From Acholeplasmataceae bacterium (GTDB lineage Bacteria; Bacillota_I; Bacilli_A; Acholeplasmatales; Acholeplasmataceae), in NCBI GenBank assembly GCA_963667565.1, contig OY763415.1:576001-640000 (forward strand): 64,000 bases of DNA, in the 5' to 3' direction. The notes below the pieces were generated by a model. It searched no databases, was not told the DNA's origin, and was given only the letters and a program-made list of their open reading frames with translations. The translations under genes were made by a program, and so were the position numbers. Shown piece after piece: positions 10,010 through 18,291 of the stretch (the stretch's first letter is position 1; each line of letters opens with the position of its first letter).

Positions 10010-11035
10010 TTATCCCCATTTGATGATGTTTGCTGCCCATACATAACCTATGCCTGCAGCTAACATACATACAACCGTACCATCTTTAACTTGTCCTGAT
10101 TGTAATGCTAAATGAAGTGATAATATTTGATCGATTTGACCTATATGGCCATAATTTTCTAGATAAATAGATTGATCTTCAGAAAGTCCAAGTTCTTCTA
10201 ACATAGATAAATGTCCTGAACGTTTCATATGAAGAATATCTAAAAATCCAATATCTTTACGTTCTAAATTTGATTTTCTTAAAGATTCATCAATACATTT
10301 GTACCAATTAATCATCGATACTTCATTGAGTCTATCTTTCATTTTTTGACCATCTAATAGACGTAATGATTTTTTTGATTCTTCTAAATTTTCTAATGTA
10401 AGTGGATTGCATTGTCCACCAATTTCAACACCTGCAGTTCTTGCAAGTGATCCATCACCAATCATGTGTGAGCCTAAAAGTAAGTTTTTACCATAATTTT
10501 TCTTTAAAATGATGGCTCCACCACCTGCACCTAGGTCATACATCATTGACATACTCTTATCAGCATAATCCACAAAATCGCCATTACGGTAACCACCAAC
10601 AACCATGACAACATTGACTTCATCATCAGCGATGAGCATGTCTTTTGCCATTTTTAAGGCTGAAACAGTTGTACAGCAACGGTTTTGTACATCAATACCC
10701 CAAGCATTAATTGCACCAATACGATCTTGAATGTATAGTGCTGAAGTCGTTAGTGGATATTCTTTCCACTCTTCAGTGACACTTAAGATCACATCAATTT
10801 CTTTTGGATCTATACCTGTGTTCTTTAGAGCATCTAATGCCGCTAAAGCACCCATTTCTTGTGATCCATCTTCTGGTAATTGCGTTGGAATAACTTTTTG
10901 AACAATCCCTAATTTTTCAATTACTGCTTCTTCAGCCCAAACACCTTTTGTTTGTTCGCTGATTTCTTTTGCAGTCATTCTACCTTTAGGTAAGTAAATA
11001 CCAGTTCCAACTATACCAACATTTGTTTTTTCCAT
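10010..11035 (-). CDS. FabH/KAS III-like thiolase-fold enzyme, atypical
   Basis: GIVGTGIYLP start, DVQNRCCT catalytic Cys region, LHMKRS, YGHIGQ, AAGIGYVW. Confidence 0.8.
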   Translation of the reverse strand: MEKTNVGIVGTGIYLPKGRMTAKEISEQTKGVWAEEAVIEKLGIVQKVIPTQLPEDGSQEMGALAALDALKNTGIDPKEIDVILSVTEEWKEYPLTTSALYIQDRIGAINAWGIDVQNRCCTTVSALKMAKDMLIADDEVNVVMVVGGYRNGDFVDYADKSMSMMYDLGAGGGAIILKKNYGKNLLLGSHMIGDGSLARTAGVEIGGQCNPLTLENLEESKKSLRLLDGQKMKDRLNEVSMINWYKCIDESLRKSNLERKDIGFLDILHMKRSGHLSMLEELGLSEDQSIYLENYGHIGQIDQILSLHLALQSGQVKDGTVVCMLAAGIGYVWAANIIKWG

Positions 11036-11065
11036 GTTGGACCTTCTTTCTATTTTTATGTAATG

Positions 11066-11956
11066 TTATAAATATTTTTTAAGTGTTTTAATAAATAAAT
11101 CTAGATTATCAGTTAAAACTGAATGTCCAGCTTCTTCAAATTTCACTAAAATAGCGCGATCTTTAAAGTATGCTTTCATTTCTTCAGCAAAACTCATAGG
11201 TACAACTAAATCTCTAACACCATGGAAAATAACAATCGGTGCAGTGATTAAATCCATACGACCAGTTCCTGGTTCAACACCATTAGAATCTTTTGTCATA
11301 TTAAAATGTACTAAACTATAATCAACATCTACTAAATTTCTTTGTTTAAAAATGGCATCTAAATAAAGTTCATAATCCTCAGGTGAAGGTTGTTTTTGAT
11401 TGTATATAACAGCATTCCAAATCGCTCTAAGTATATCTCTATTGTTTGTTTGATATGCATATAATATTGGAGCAACTTGAACTTTATCATTTGCGATGTC
11501 TTCTCTTGAAGATAATTGTTCAGTTAGGATAGGTTGACCATTTTCATCTTTTTTAAACATTGGATAACCTTTAATGCCTACTGAATCAAGTAAAATTACT
11601 TTTTTAATGCGTTTTTGGAAGTCTGCTGCGACTTCTAATACAATACCACCACCTGTTGACCAACCAACAAGTGTAAGGTTATCCAAGTTCAAAGCGTTAA
11701 TGAATAATTCGACATCAACTGCAAAATCATGTAGTGAATTAAGTGGTTTAGTATAACTTGAATCTCCAAATCCTCTTAAATCTAAGGCATATACTTGATA
11801 TTCTTGTTCTAACTCTTCAATCGCAACTTGCCAATGAACAGATGAACTCATATTTCCATGAACTAATAAGATGATATCTCCTTTAGTCCCTGATTTACGA
11901 TACGCAATTGTTTCACCATTTTCAAGATTAATAAATTGAACTGGATAATGTTTCAT
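11066..11956 (-). CDS. phaZ: Bacillus-type intracellular PHB depolymerase (PhaZ)-like alpha/beta hydrolase
   Basis: NGETIAY, HGNMSSS, YALDLRGFGDS, GWSTGG, SVGIKGYPMFKKDENGQP, DKVQVAP, QRNLVDVDY, GHS; follows the B. thuringiensis PhaZ sequence as I recall it over its whole length. Confidence 0.75.
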   Translation of the reverse strand: MKHYPVQFINLENGETIAYRKSGTKGDIILLVHGNMSSSVHWQVAIEELEQEYQVYALDLRGFGDSSYTKPLNSLHDFAVDVELFINALNLDNLTLVGWSTGGGIVLEVAADFQKRIKKVILLDSVGIKGYPMFKKDENGQPILTEQLSSREDIANDKVQVAPILYAYQTNNRDILRAIWNAVIYNQKQPSPEDYELYLDAIFKQRNLVDVDYSLVHFNMTKDSNGVEPGTGRMDLITAPIVIFHGVRDLVVPMSFAEEMKAYFKDRAILVKFEEAGHSVLTDNLDLFIKTLKKYL

Positions 11957-12675
11957 AGTCTCATGCCACCATCAACACTTAGAGTTTGACCTGTAATATA
12001 TGATGATTCTTCTGATGCTAAGAATAGGGCAGCATTTGCAATTTCATGTGGTTGACCTAAACGTTTTAACATCGTTAAAGCTGCAAATTGATCAAGTAAA
12101 TCTTGAGGTACAGTCTTTAACATATCTGTCATTGTGTAACCTGGAGCAATCGCGTTTACTCTAACATTTGCACCTTTTCTAGCAAATTCTTTAGCCCATG
12201 TTTTAGTCAAACCAATCACACCAGCTTTAGTTGCTGCATAATTTGCTTGTCCAATATTACCAAAAACTCCAACCACTGAACTGATGTTTATGATTGAACC
12301 ATAATTGTTAGCTTCCATAAGTGGTCCAAATAAACGTGTTAAGTTAAATACGCCTTTTAAATTGACATCTATGACTAAATTCCATTGATCATCAGTCATT
12401 TTGCGAGTCATTGAATCTCTTGTGATCCCTGCGTTGTTTACTAAAATATCAACTTTACCATATTTTTCAACTACGAAGTCAAAGAATTTTTGAACTGCTT
12501 CAACATCAGTGATGTTTAATTCATAACCTTCGACATTTTCTGCTTCATATGATAATGCCATCATATCAACAGCGATAACCTTCGCACCTTCTTTAGAAAA
12601 TGTTTCAGCCATTGATTGTCCTAAACCTCTTGCACCGCCTGTAACGACAGCGACTTTATCTTGTAATCGTTTCAT
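11953..12675 (-). CDS. SDR, FabG/PhaB-like 3-oxoacyl(-CoA) reductase
   Basis: TGGARGLG, NNAGITRD, YAATKAG, VDGG; Asp after beta-2 (AVD) suggests NAD(H) preference. Confidence 0.85.
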   Translation of the reverse strand: MKRLQDKVAVVTGGARGLGQSMAETFSKEGAKVIAVDMMALSYEAENVEGYELNITDVEAVQKFFDFVVEKYGKVDILVNNAGITRDSMTRKMTDDQWNLVIDVNLKGVFNLTRLFGPLMEANNYGSIINISSVVGVFGNIGQANYAATKAGVIGLTKTWAKEFARKGANVRVNAIAPGYTMTDMLKTVPQDLLDQFAALTMLKRLGQPHEIANAALFLASEESSYITGQTLSVDGGMRL

Positions 12676-12695
12676 GATTTCTTCTCCTTAATGAT

Positions 12696-13904
12696 TTATT
12701 TAACTTTCTTTAAGATGACAGCAGTTCCCATACCGCCACCGATACATAAACTTGCTAATCCTAAATTTAGATCACGTTTCATCATTTCATAAATGAGTGT
12801 AACAATGATTCTATTTCCACTTGCTCCAACTGGATGTCCAAGTGCGATAGCACCGCCATTAACGTTACATTTTTCTAGAATTTCTTCTTTTGTAATATCA
12901 AATGCATCAGTTAATTCTTTAATGACACCTAATGACTGTGCAGCAAATGCTTCATTTAATTCAAAGAGTTCAATATCTTTGATGCTCATGTTCGCATGTG
13001 CTAATGCTTGTTTAATTGCAGGTGTAGGTCCTAAACCCATCACTGATGGATCCACGCCACCTTGACCAATACCAATTAATTCGAATAAAGGGGTTAATTG
13101 ATACTTCTTAACTGCATCTTCACTTGCTAAGATGATGAAACTTGCACCATCGTTAATGCCAGATGAGCTACCAGCAGTTACTGAACCATCTTTTTTAAAT
13201 ACTGTTTTAAGCGTAGCTAATTTTTCTAATGATGTAGAACGATTGATATATTCATCTTTATCAAAAATGAGATCACCTTTTCTAGTTTTAATGGTAATTG
13301 GTGCGATTTCAGCATCAAATTTACCTTCATCTTGTGCTTTAGCTGCTCTTTGTTGTGATTCAAAAGAAAATGCATCTTGTTCTTCTCTTGTGATTTGATA
13401 TTTTTCTGCAATGTTTTCAGCAGTGACACCCATATGATAACCATTGAATGCATCAGTTAATGCATCATAAATCATATGATCTTGAAGTTTTTGTTCACCC
13501 ATCTTAATACCAGTTCTAACATTACCAGTAACTAAGTATGGTGCACCACTCATTGATTCTGCACCACCAGCAACAACAACTTCATGAATACCAAGTGCAA
13601 TATTTGCATATCCATTCATAAGTGTTTTCATACCACTACCACATACCATATTAATACCATATGCAGGTACGCTTGTAGGTATACCTGATTTTATTGAAAT
13701 TTGTCTTGCTAAACCTTGACCAAGTCCTGCTGGTAAAATATTACCAACTAAAACTTCATTAATTGATTGAGGATCAACCTTAGATTCCTCTAGTAATTGT
13801 TTTAAGACCTGTGATCCAAAATCACTTGGATGGACACCACTAAGTGTACCCATGAATGAACCGATTGCACTACGTTTAGCACCGACTACATAAACTTTTT
13901 TCAT
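12696..13904 (-). CDS. Acetyl-CoA acetyltransferase (thiolase)
   Basis: NMVCGSG, NEAFAAQ, GGAIALGHPVGASG, LCIGGGMG. Confidence 0.95.
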   Translation of the reverse strand: MKKVYVVGAKRSAIGSFMGTLSGVHPSDFGSQVLKQLLEESKVDPQSINEVLVGNILPAGLGQGLARQISIKSGIPTSVPAYGINMVCGSGMKTLMNGYANIALGIHEVVVAGGAESMSGAPYLVTGNVRTGIKMGEQKLQDHMIYDALTDAFNGYHMGVTAENIAEKYQITREEQDAFSFESQQRAAKAQDEGKFDAEIAPITIKTRKGDLIFDKDEYINRSTSLEKLATLKTVFKKDGSVTAGSSSGINDGASFIILASEDAVKKYQLTPLFELIGIGQGGVDPSVMGLGPTPAIKQALAHANMSIKDIELFELNEAFAAQSLGVIKELTDAFDITKEEILEKCNVNGGAIALGHPVGASGNRIIVTLIYEMMKRDLNLGLASLCIGGGMGTAVILKKVK

Positions 13905-13919
13905 TTTAATCTCCTTCTT

Positions 13920-13933
13920 TAAAAGCGTTTACA
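13920..13933. promoter_or_regulatory. cre/LacI-type site just upstream of the thiolase RBS
   Basis: TAAAAGCGTTTACA, 1 mismatch to TGWNANCGNTNWCA. Confidence 0.5.
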
Positions 13934-14024
13934 ATAATTTGGAAAAAACGAAGTAACACAAGTATAAACAGCCATTAACGCTTTTGTTAGGCTGATAACA
14001 CTCAATATTACTTATAAAATTAAC

Positions 14025-14040
14025 GTGAATAACTATTCAT
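14025..14040. promoter_or_regulatory. Putative TetR (FadR-like) operator
   Basis: Palindrome TGAATA-AC-TATTCA just downstream of the predicted start site; similar to 17526-17541. Confidence 0.6.
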
Positions 14041-14052
14041 AATTACACTTTT

Positions 14053-14081
14053 ATATTATCATATAGTAAAACGGTTGTCAA
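14053..14081 (-). promoter_or_regulatory. Sigma-A promoter of the thiolase operon
   Basis: TTGACA-17 nt-TAATAT with TGn extension. Confidence 0.7.
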
Positions 14082-14107
14082 CAAGTGTATGTGCGATTTT
14101 ATAAAAA

Positions 14108-14122
14108 TGTAAAGCGGTTACA
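14108..14122. promoter_or_regulatory. cre/LacI-type site upstream of -35
   Basis: TGTAAAGCGGTTACA, a near-palindrome with central CG. Confidence 0.45.
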
Positions 14123-14148
14123 AAAAAAGGCATTTGGAATGCCTTTTT
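14122..14148 (-). terminator. Intrinsic terminator after etfA
   Basis: AAAAAGGCATT-TGG-AATGCCTTTTT. Confidence 0.8.
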
Positions 14149-14176
14149 AAGGGAAAAAGAACTGCATGTATTTAAA

Positions 14177-15169
14177 CTATTGATGGAGGGCTCTAATTGC
14201 TTCTACTTCTTCTTCAAGAAGTGGAAGTACTTTGTTTGCATCAGCAATAATGGATACATCTGCGATATTAAAGATGAGTGCATTAGGATCTGTGTTAATT
14301 GCAATAATAAGCTCTGATTTATCCATACCAGCGATATGTTGAATAGCGCCACTAATTCCAGATGCGACGTAAACAGAAGGTCTAACAGTTGACCCTGTTT
14401 GTCCTACAAGTCTGTCTTTTGGCTGTATTTGTGAATCAACTACTGCTCTTGAAGCAGCAACTTCACCACCTGTTAATTCTGCTATTTTTTTAAGTGTTTT
14501 AAACATGGTAGCGACACCACGTCCACCTGAAATGATAAGTTTCGCTTTTGTTAAATCTACATGTTTGCTTTCAGCAATTTTAACATCTAAAACTTTAACT
14601 TTTGATTTTTTTTCAAATTTAACTTCGAAAGGGGATATTTTAGCTACATTTTTGGAATCAATTGCGATACTAAACACTCCAGGACGGACTGTTGCCATTT
14701 GAGGTTTTGTGTTTGGACAAATGATTGTTGCAAATAAGTTACCACCAAGCGCAGGTCTTGTTGCAAATAAATCTAGGCTTTGTTCATTTTCTTCAAATTC
14801 TAGAATTGTTGCGTCAGCTGTTAATCCTGTATTTAGTCTTGCTGATAATCTTGGACCTAAGTCTCTACCAAGAAGAGTAGATCCAATTAAAAATACATCA
14901 AAATCATTTGCTTTAATGACTTGTGTAAGTGCATCTGAATAGTAGGTAGTATCATATACTGTTAGTTGTTCATCTTCAATGACAATAATTTCATGAGCAC
15001 CACAACTAGAGATGGCTTTCAAGTCTTCTTCTTTTTTATTTCCAGTTGCATAAATTGCAACAATATGAACTCTGTTATCTAATAATCTTTTAGCTTCGCT
15101 AAGTAATTCTAAACCGACAGAGCAAACTTTTTCATTTCTTTGTTCGATAAATACGGCACAAGTTCTCAT
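14177..15169 (-). CDS. etfA: Electron transfer flavoprotein alpha subunit
   Basis: GLTADAT, TRPALGGN, QMATVRPG, VGQTG, GISGAIQH. Confidence 0.93.
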   Translation of the reverse strand: MRTCAVFIEQRNEKVCSVGLELLSEAKRLLDNRVHIVAIYATGNKKEEDLKAISSCGAHEIIVIEDEQLTVYDTTYYSDALTQVIKANDFDVFLIGSTLLGRDLGPRLSARLNTGLTADATILEFEENEQSLDLFATRPALGGNLFATIICPNTKPQMATVRPGVFSIAIDSKNVAKISPFEVKFEKKSKVKVLDVKIAESKHVDLTKAKLIISGGRGVATMFKTLKKIAELTGGEVAASRAVVDSQIQPKDRLVGQTGSTVRPSVYVASGISGAIQHIAGMDKSELIIAINTDPNALIFNIADVSIIADANKVLPLLEEEVEAIRALHQ

Positions 15170-15957
15170 GAATTTGATACCTCCATATAGGGATAGATCA
15201 GTTGTGCAATTTTTTTAGCTGCAGCTTCTGGTTCCATCACTTCTTTAGGTGCTTTTTGTAATACTGGTTTTGTATATGTTTTTTTAACTCTTGTTGGAGA
15301 TCCGTTAAGACCAATAGTTTGTTGATCAATACCCAAATCATCAAAAGTTACCATATCAAATGGTTTATCAAAACATGTCCAAATATCAAATGCACTCATG
15401 TATCTTGGTTGATTCATAGTTCTTGTTGTAGTAATGAGCGCAGGAAGTTCAACACTTAAAGTATATATTTCATTTTCAAATGATTTTTCAACAATGAGAT
15501 CATTTTCTTTTTGTTCAATAATTTTAGAGACATGTGTAATTTGTGGTATATCTAAAAATTCAGCAACTTGAGGACCAACTTGAGCAGTATCGCCATCAAT
15601 AGCCTGATAACCAGCAATAATTAAGTCATATTCAAGTGTTTTAATGAATGTTGATAATATTCTTGAAGTTGCCCATGTATCTGAACCTGCAAATTTACGA
15701 TCTGATAAGAGATAAGCATGATCAACACCACGAGCATATAATTCTCTAATCATTTTTTCAGCTTGAAGTGGACCCATCGTTACTGTGCTAACAGTACCAC
15801 CATAAATTTCTTTTAATTTTAATGCTTCTTCTACACCTGCTAAATCATCTGGGTTGATAATGGATTTGACACCTGCTCGAATTAAAGTGTTTGTTTCTTT
15901 ATCAATTTTGATTTCAGTTGTATCTGGCACTTGTTTGACTAAGACGAGAATTTTCAT
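15166..15957 (-). CDS. etfB: Electron transfer flavoprotein beta subunit
   Basis: KQVPDT, INPDD, DRKFAGSDTWATS, QAIDGDTAQVGPQ, GSPT. Confidence 0.93.
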   Translation of the reverse strand: MKILVLVKQVPDTTEIKIDKETNTLIRAGVKSIINPDDLAGVEEALKLKEIYGGTVSTVTMGPLQAEKMIRELYARGVDHAYLLSDRKFAGSDTWATSRILSTFIKTLEYDLIIAGYQAIDGDTAQVGPQVAEFLDIPQITHVSKIIEQKENDLIVEKSFENEIYTLSVELPALITTTRTMNQPRYMSAFDIWTCFDKPFDMVTFDDLGIDQQTIGLNGSPTRVKKTYTKPVLQKAPKEVMEPEAAAKKIAQLIYPYMEVSNS

Positions 15958-17078
15958 TATCTAAGCACCTTCCCTGCAATAACCATACGCTGAACTTCTG
16001 ATGTACCTTCATAGATTTCAGTGATTTTAGCATCTCTATAAAATCTTTCCATTTCATAGTCTCTAATAAAACCATATCCACCCATAAGTTGAATTGCATC
16101 ATCAGTAACTTCAACAGCAATTCTAGAGCAATATAATTTAGCCATTGCTGCTGATTCACTATAGTTTTTGTTATTATCTTTGTCACTAACTGCTTGATCA
16201 AGTAATAACTTAGCAGCTGTAACCTTTGTTTTCATATCTGCAATTTTAAATTGTGTATTTTGGAAACTTGCAATTGATTTACCAAATTGTTTACGTGTTT
16301 TGATATAATCAACGACACGTTCAAATGCACCTTCAGCAATCCCTAATGCTTGTGCAGCAATACCAATTCTTCCACCATCAAGTGTCATCATAGCAATTTT
16401 AAAACCTTCATTGACTTTACCTAAAAGATTTGCTTTAGGTACTTTAATCTTTTGCATGATAAGCTCACATGTTGATGATGCATGAATACCCATTTTCTTT
16501 TCTTTAGGCCCAACAGTAAAACCTTCCATATCTTTTTCTATAATGAAAGCGGAAATACCCTTTAATCCTAATTCGGGATTGGTCATCGCAAAAATCACAT
16601 AAATATCGGCATAGCCTGCGTTGGTTATAAATATTTTATTTCCAGTGATTTCATAATAGTCACCAAAATCGATTGCTTTTGTTTGTTGACTAGCGGCATC
16701 TGTACCAGCAGATGGTTCAGTTAGACCAAACGCGCCTAAATACTCACCTTTATTTAACTTAGTTAAGTATTTAGCTTTTTGTTCTTCTGACCCAAATTGG
16801 TAAATTGGCCATGCACATAAAGATGTATGTGCTGATAAAATAACGCCAGTTGTTGCACAATATTTAGATAATGTTCTTACTGTATCAATGTATGCTTTGT
16901 TATCAGCACCAACACCACCATATTGTGTAGGAAATGGAATACCAAGTAATCCATACCTTCCCATCTTTTCAACGGTTTCTACTGGAAATCTTTCTTCTTC
17001 ATCAATTTCTCTTGCGAGTGGCTTAACAACTTCTAGGCTAAATTGTTCAACCATTTCTTGTAATAATTCGTGTCTCAT
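15957..17078 (-). CDS. bcd: Butyryl-CoA (acyl-CoA) dehydrogenase
   Basis: AFGLTEPSAGTDA, KIFITN, TLDGGRIGIAAQALGIA, RDAKITEIYEGTSEVQ; coupled to etfBA. Confidence 0.88.
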   Translation of the reverse strand: MRHELLQEMVEQFSLEVVKPLAREIDEEERFPVETVEKMGRYGLLGIPFPTQYGGVGADNKAYIDTVRTLSKYCATTGVILSAHTSLCAWPIYQFGSEEQKAKYLTKLNKGEYLGAFGLTEPSAGTDAASQQTKAIDFGDYYEITGNKIFITNAGYADIYVIFAMTNPELGLKGISAFIIEKDMEGFTVGPKEKKMGIHASSTCELIMQKIKVPKANLLGKVNEGFKIAMMTLDGGRIGIAAQALGIAEGAFERVVDYIKTRKQFGKSIASFQNTQFKIADMKTKVTAAKLLLDQAVSDKDNNKNYSESAAMAKLYCSRIAVEVTDDAIQLMGGYGFIRDYEMERFYRDAKITEIYEGTSEVQRMVIAGKVLR

Positions 17079-17491
17079 TTTGGGGGCATAACCGTAGCAA
17101 CACCTGTAATCACAACTTCATCATGTTGATTGTATGCGATTGTTTCAAGGATCACTCGATTTTTCTCCTCTATAATTTCACTGACTGTACAAACTGCCTT
17201 AATGGTATCGCCTATAAATACCGGTTTGACAAATTTTGAATCTTGACGCAAGTAAATAGTTCCACATCCTGGTAATTGAGTACCTAAAACTGTAGAAAAT
17301 AATGCGCTCACGAGTCCGCCATGTACGATTCTTTTACCAAACATCGTATTACATGCGTAACCATCATTAATGTGCACAGGATTTTGATCACCTGATACAC
17401 CAGCAAATAAGATCACATCAGCATCTGTCATCGTTTTTTGAAAATATGCAGTGTCACCAACATGAAGATCAGTCATCGTTTTGCCTTTCAC
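17075..17491 (-). CDS. MaoC-family (R)-specific enoyl-CoA hydratase, PhaJ-like
   Basis: FAGVSGDQNPVH hydratase-2 motif, RIVHG, LPGCGTIYL, KPVFIGDT; likely GTG start at 17491 after AAGGAAG. Confidence 0.85.
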   Translation of the reverse strand: MKGKTMTDLHVGDTAYFQKTMTDADVILFAGVSGDQNPVHINDGYACNTMFGKRIVHGGLVSALFSTVLGTQLPGCGTIYLRQDSKFVKPVFIGDTIKAVCTVSEIIEEKNRVILETIAYNQHDEVVITGVATVMPPK

Positions 17492-17525
17492 TTTGCTTCC
17501 TTCTTTCGTATTAAATTTTTGTAAC

Positions 17526-17541
17526 ATGAATAAACGTTCAC
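17526..17541. promoter_or_regulatory. Putative TetR operator
   Basis: ATGAATAAACGTTCAC, the same TGAA-N6-TTCA core as 14025-14040. Confidence 0.55.
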
Positions 17542-17550
17542 TTTAACTCA

Positions 17551-17579
17551 ATCTTATGCCTTTTTAATTTGTTTGTCAA
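17551..17579 (-). promoter_or_regulatory. Sigma-A promoter of maoC-bcd-etfBA
   Basis: TTGACA-17 nt-TAAGAT. Confidence 0.7.
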
Positions 17580-17642
17580 TAGCTAAAAATTTTTTTATTG
17601 TCTTTTATCATCTTTTAGGTTACACTTATATTAGGTGATTGT

Positions 17643-18254
17643 ATGAATGAAGTAAATTATCGTTTACCAAAACGAAAAGATGGTCAAAAGACATTTGACC
17701 AAATCATTGAAGCAGCTAAAAAGTTATTTTCTAAAAAAGGATATTTGGCGACTTCAATTAATGAAATTATTGAAAAATCAGGAATAGCTACTGGAACATT
17801 TTATTTATATTTTGATGATAAATTCGCATTATACTCATACATTTTAGGAAAATATAGAAAAAGTATAAGAAAAAATATCAGTGATGCAATCAAAGATGTA
17901 CACACAAGATATGAAAAAGAAAGATTGGGTTTAAAAGCCTTCTTAAAGTTTGCTTGGGATGATCCACTTGCTTATCGTATCATTTGGGAATCTATGTTTG
18001 TTGATCATGATTTGTTTAAAGAGTATTATCAGACATTTAGTGATAACTATATTAGACAACTATCTCACTCTGTCGAAGAAGGTGAAGTTAGAGATGATGT
18101 GGATTTAGAAACACTAAGTTATGTATTGATGGGTATTTCCAACTTTGTTGGTATTCAAGTTATGTTTAGGGATACATTAACAGAACAAAAACTTGATTTT
18201 ATCGTTGATCAAGTCATGCTTGTTTTAAAAGATGGTATGTTTGTAACTAAATAA
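17643..18254 (+). CDS. TetR/AcrR family regulator, divergent from the cluster
   Basis: IIEAAKKLFSKKGY..TSINEI..GIATGTFYLYFDDK HTH. Confidence 0.92.
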   Translation: MNEVNYRLPKRKDGQKTFDQIIEAAKKLFSKKGYLATSINEIIEKSGIATGTFYLYFDDKFALYSYILGKYRKSIRKNISDAIKDVHTRYEKERLGLKAFLKFAWDDPLAYRIIWESMFVDHDLFKEYYQTFSDNYIRQLSHSVEEGEVRDDVDLETLSYVLMGISNFVGIQVMFRDTLTEQKLDFIVDQVMLVLKDGMFVTK

Positions 18255-18291
18255 AAAAGCTTATCTTTTTAAAGATAGGCTTCTTTTTTTT
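18253..18291. terminator. Bidirectional terminator between tetR and the tsf-like gene
   Basis: AAGCTTATCTTT-TT-AAAGATAGGCTT flanked by A and T runs. Confidence 0.75.
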
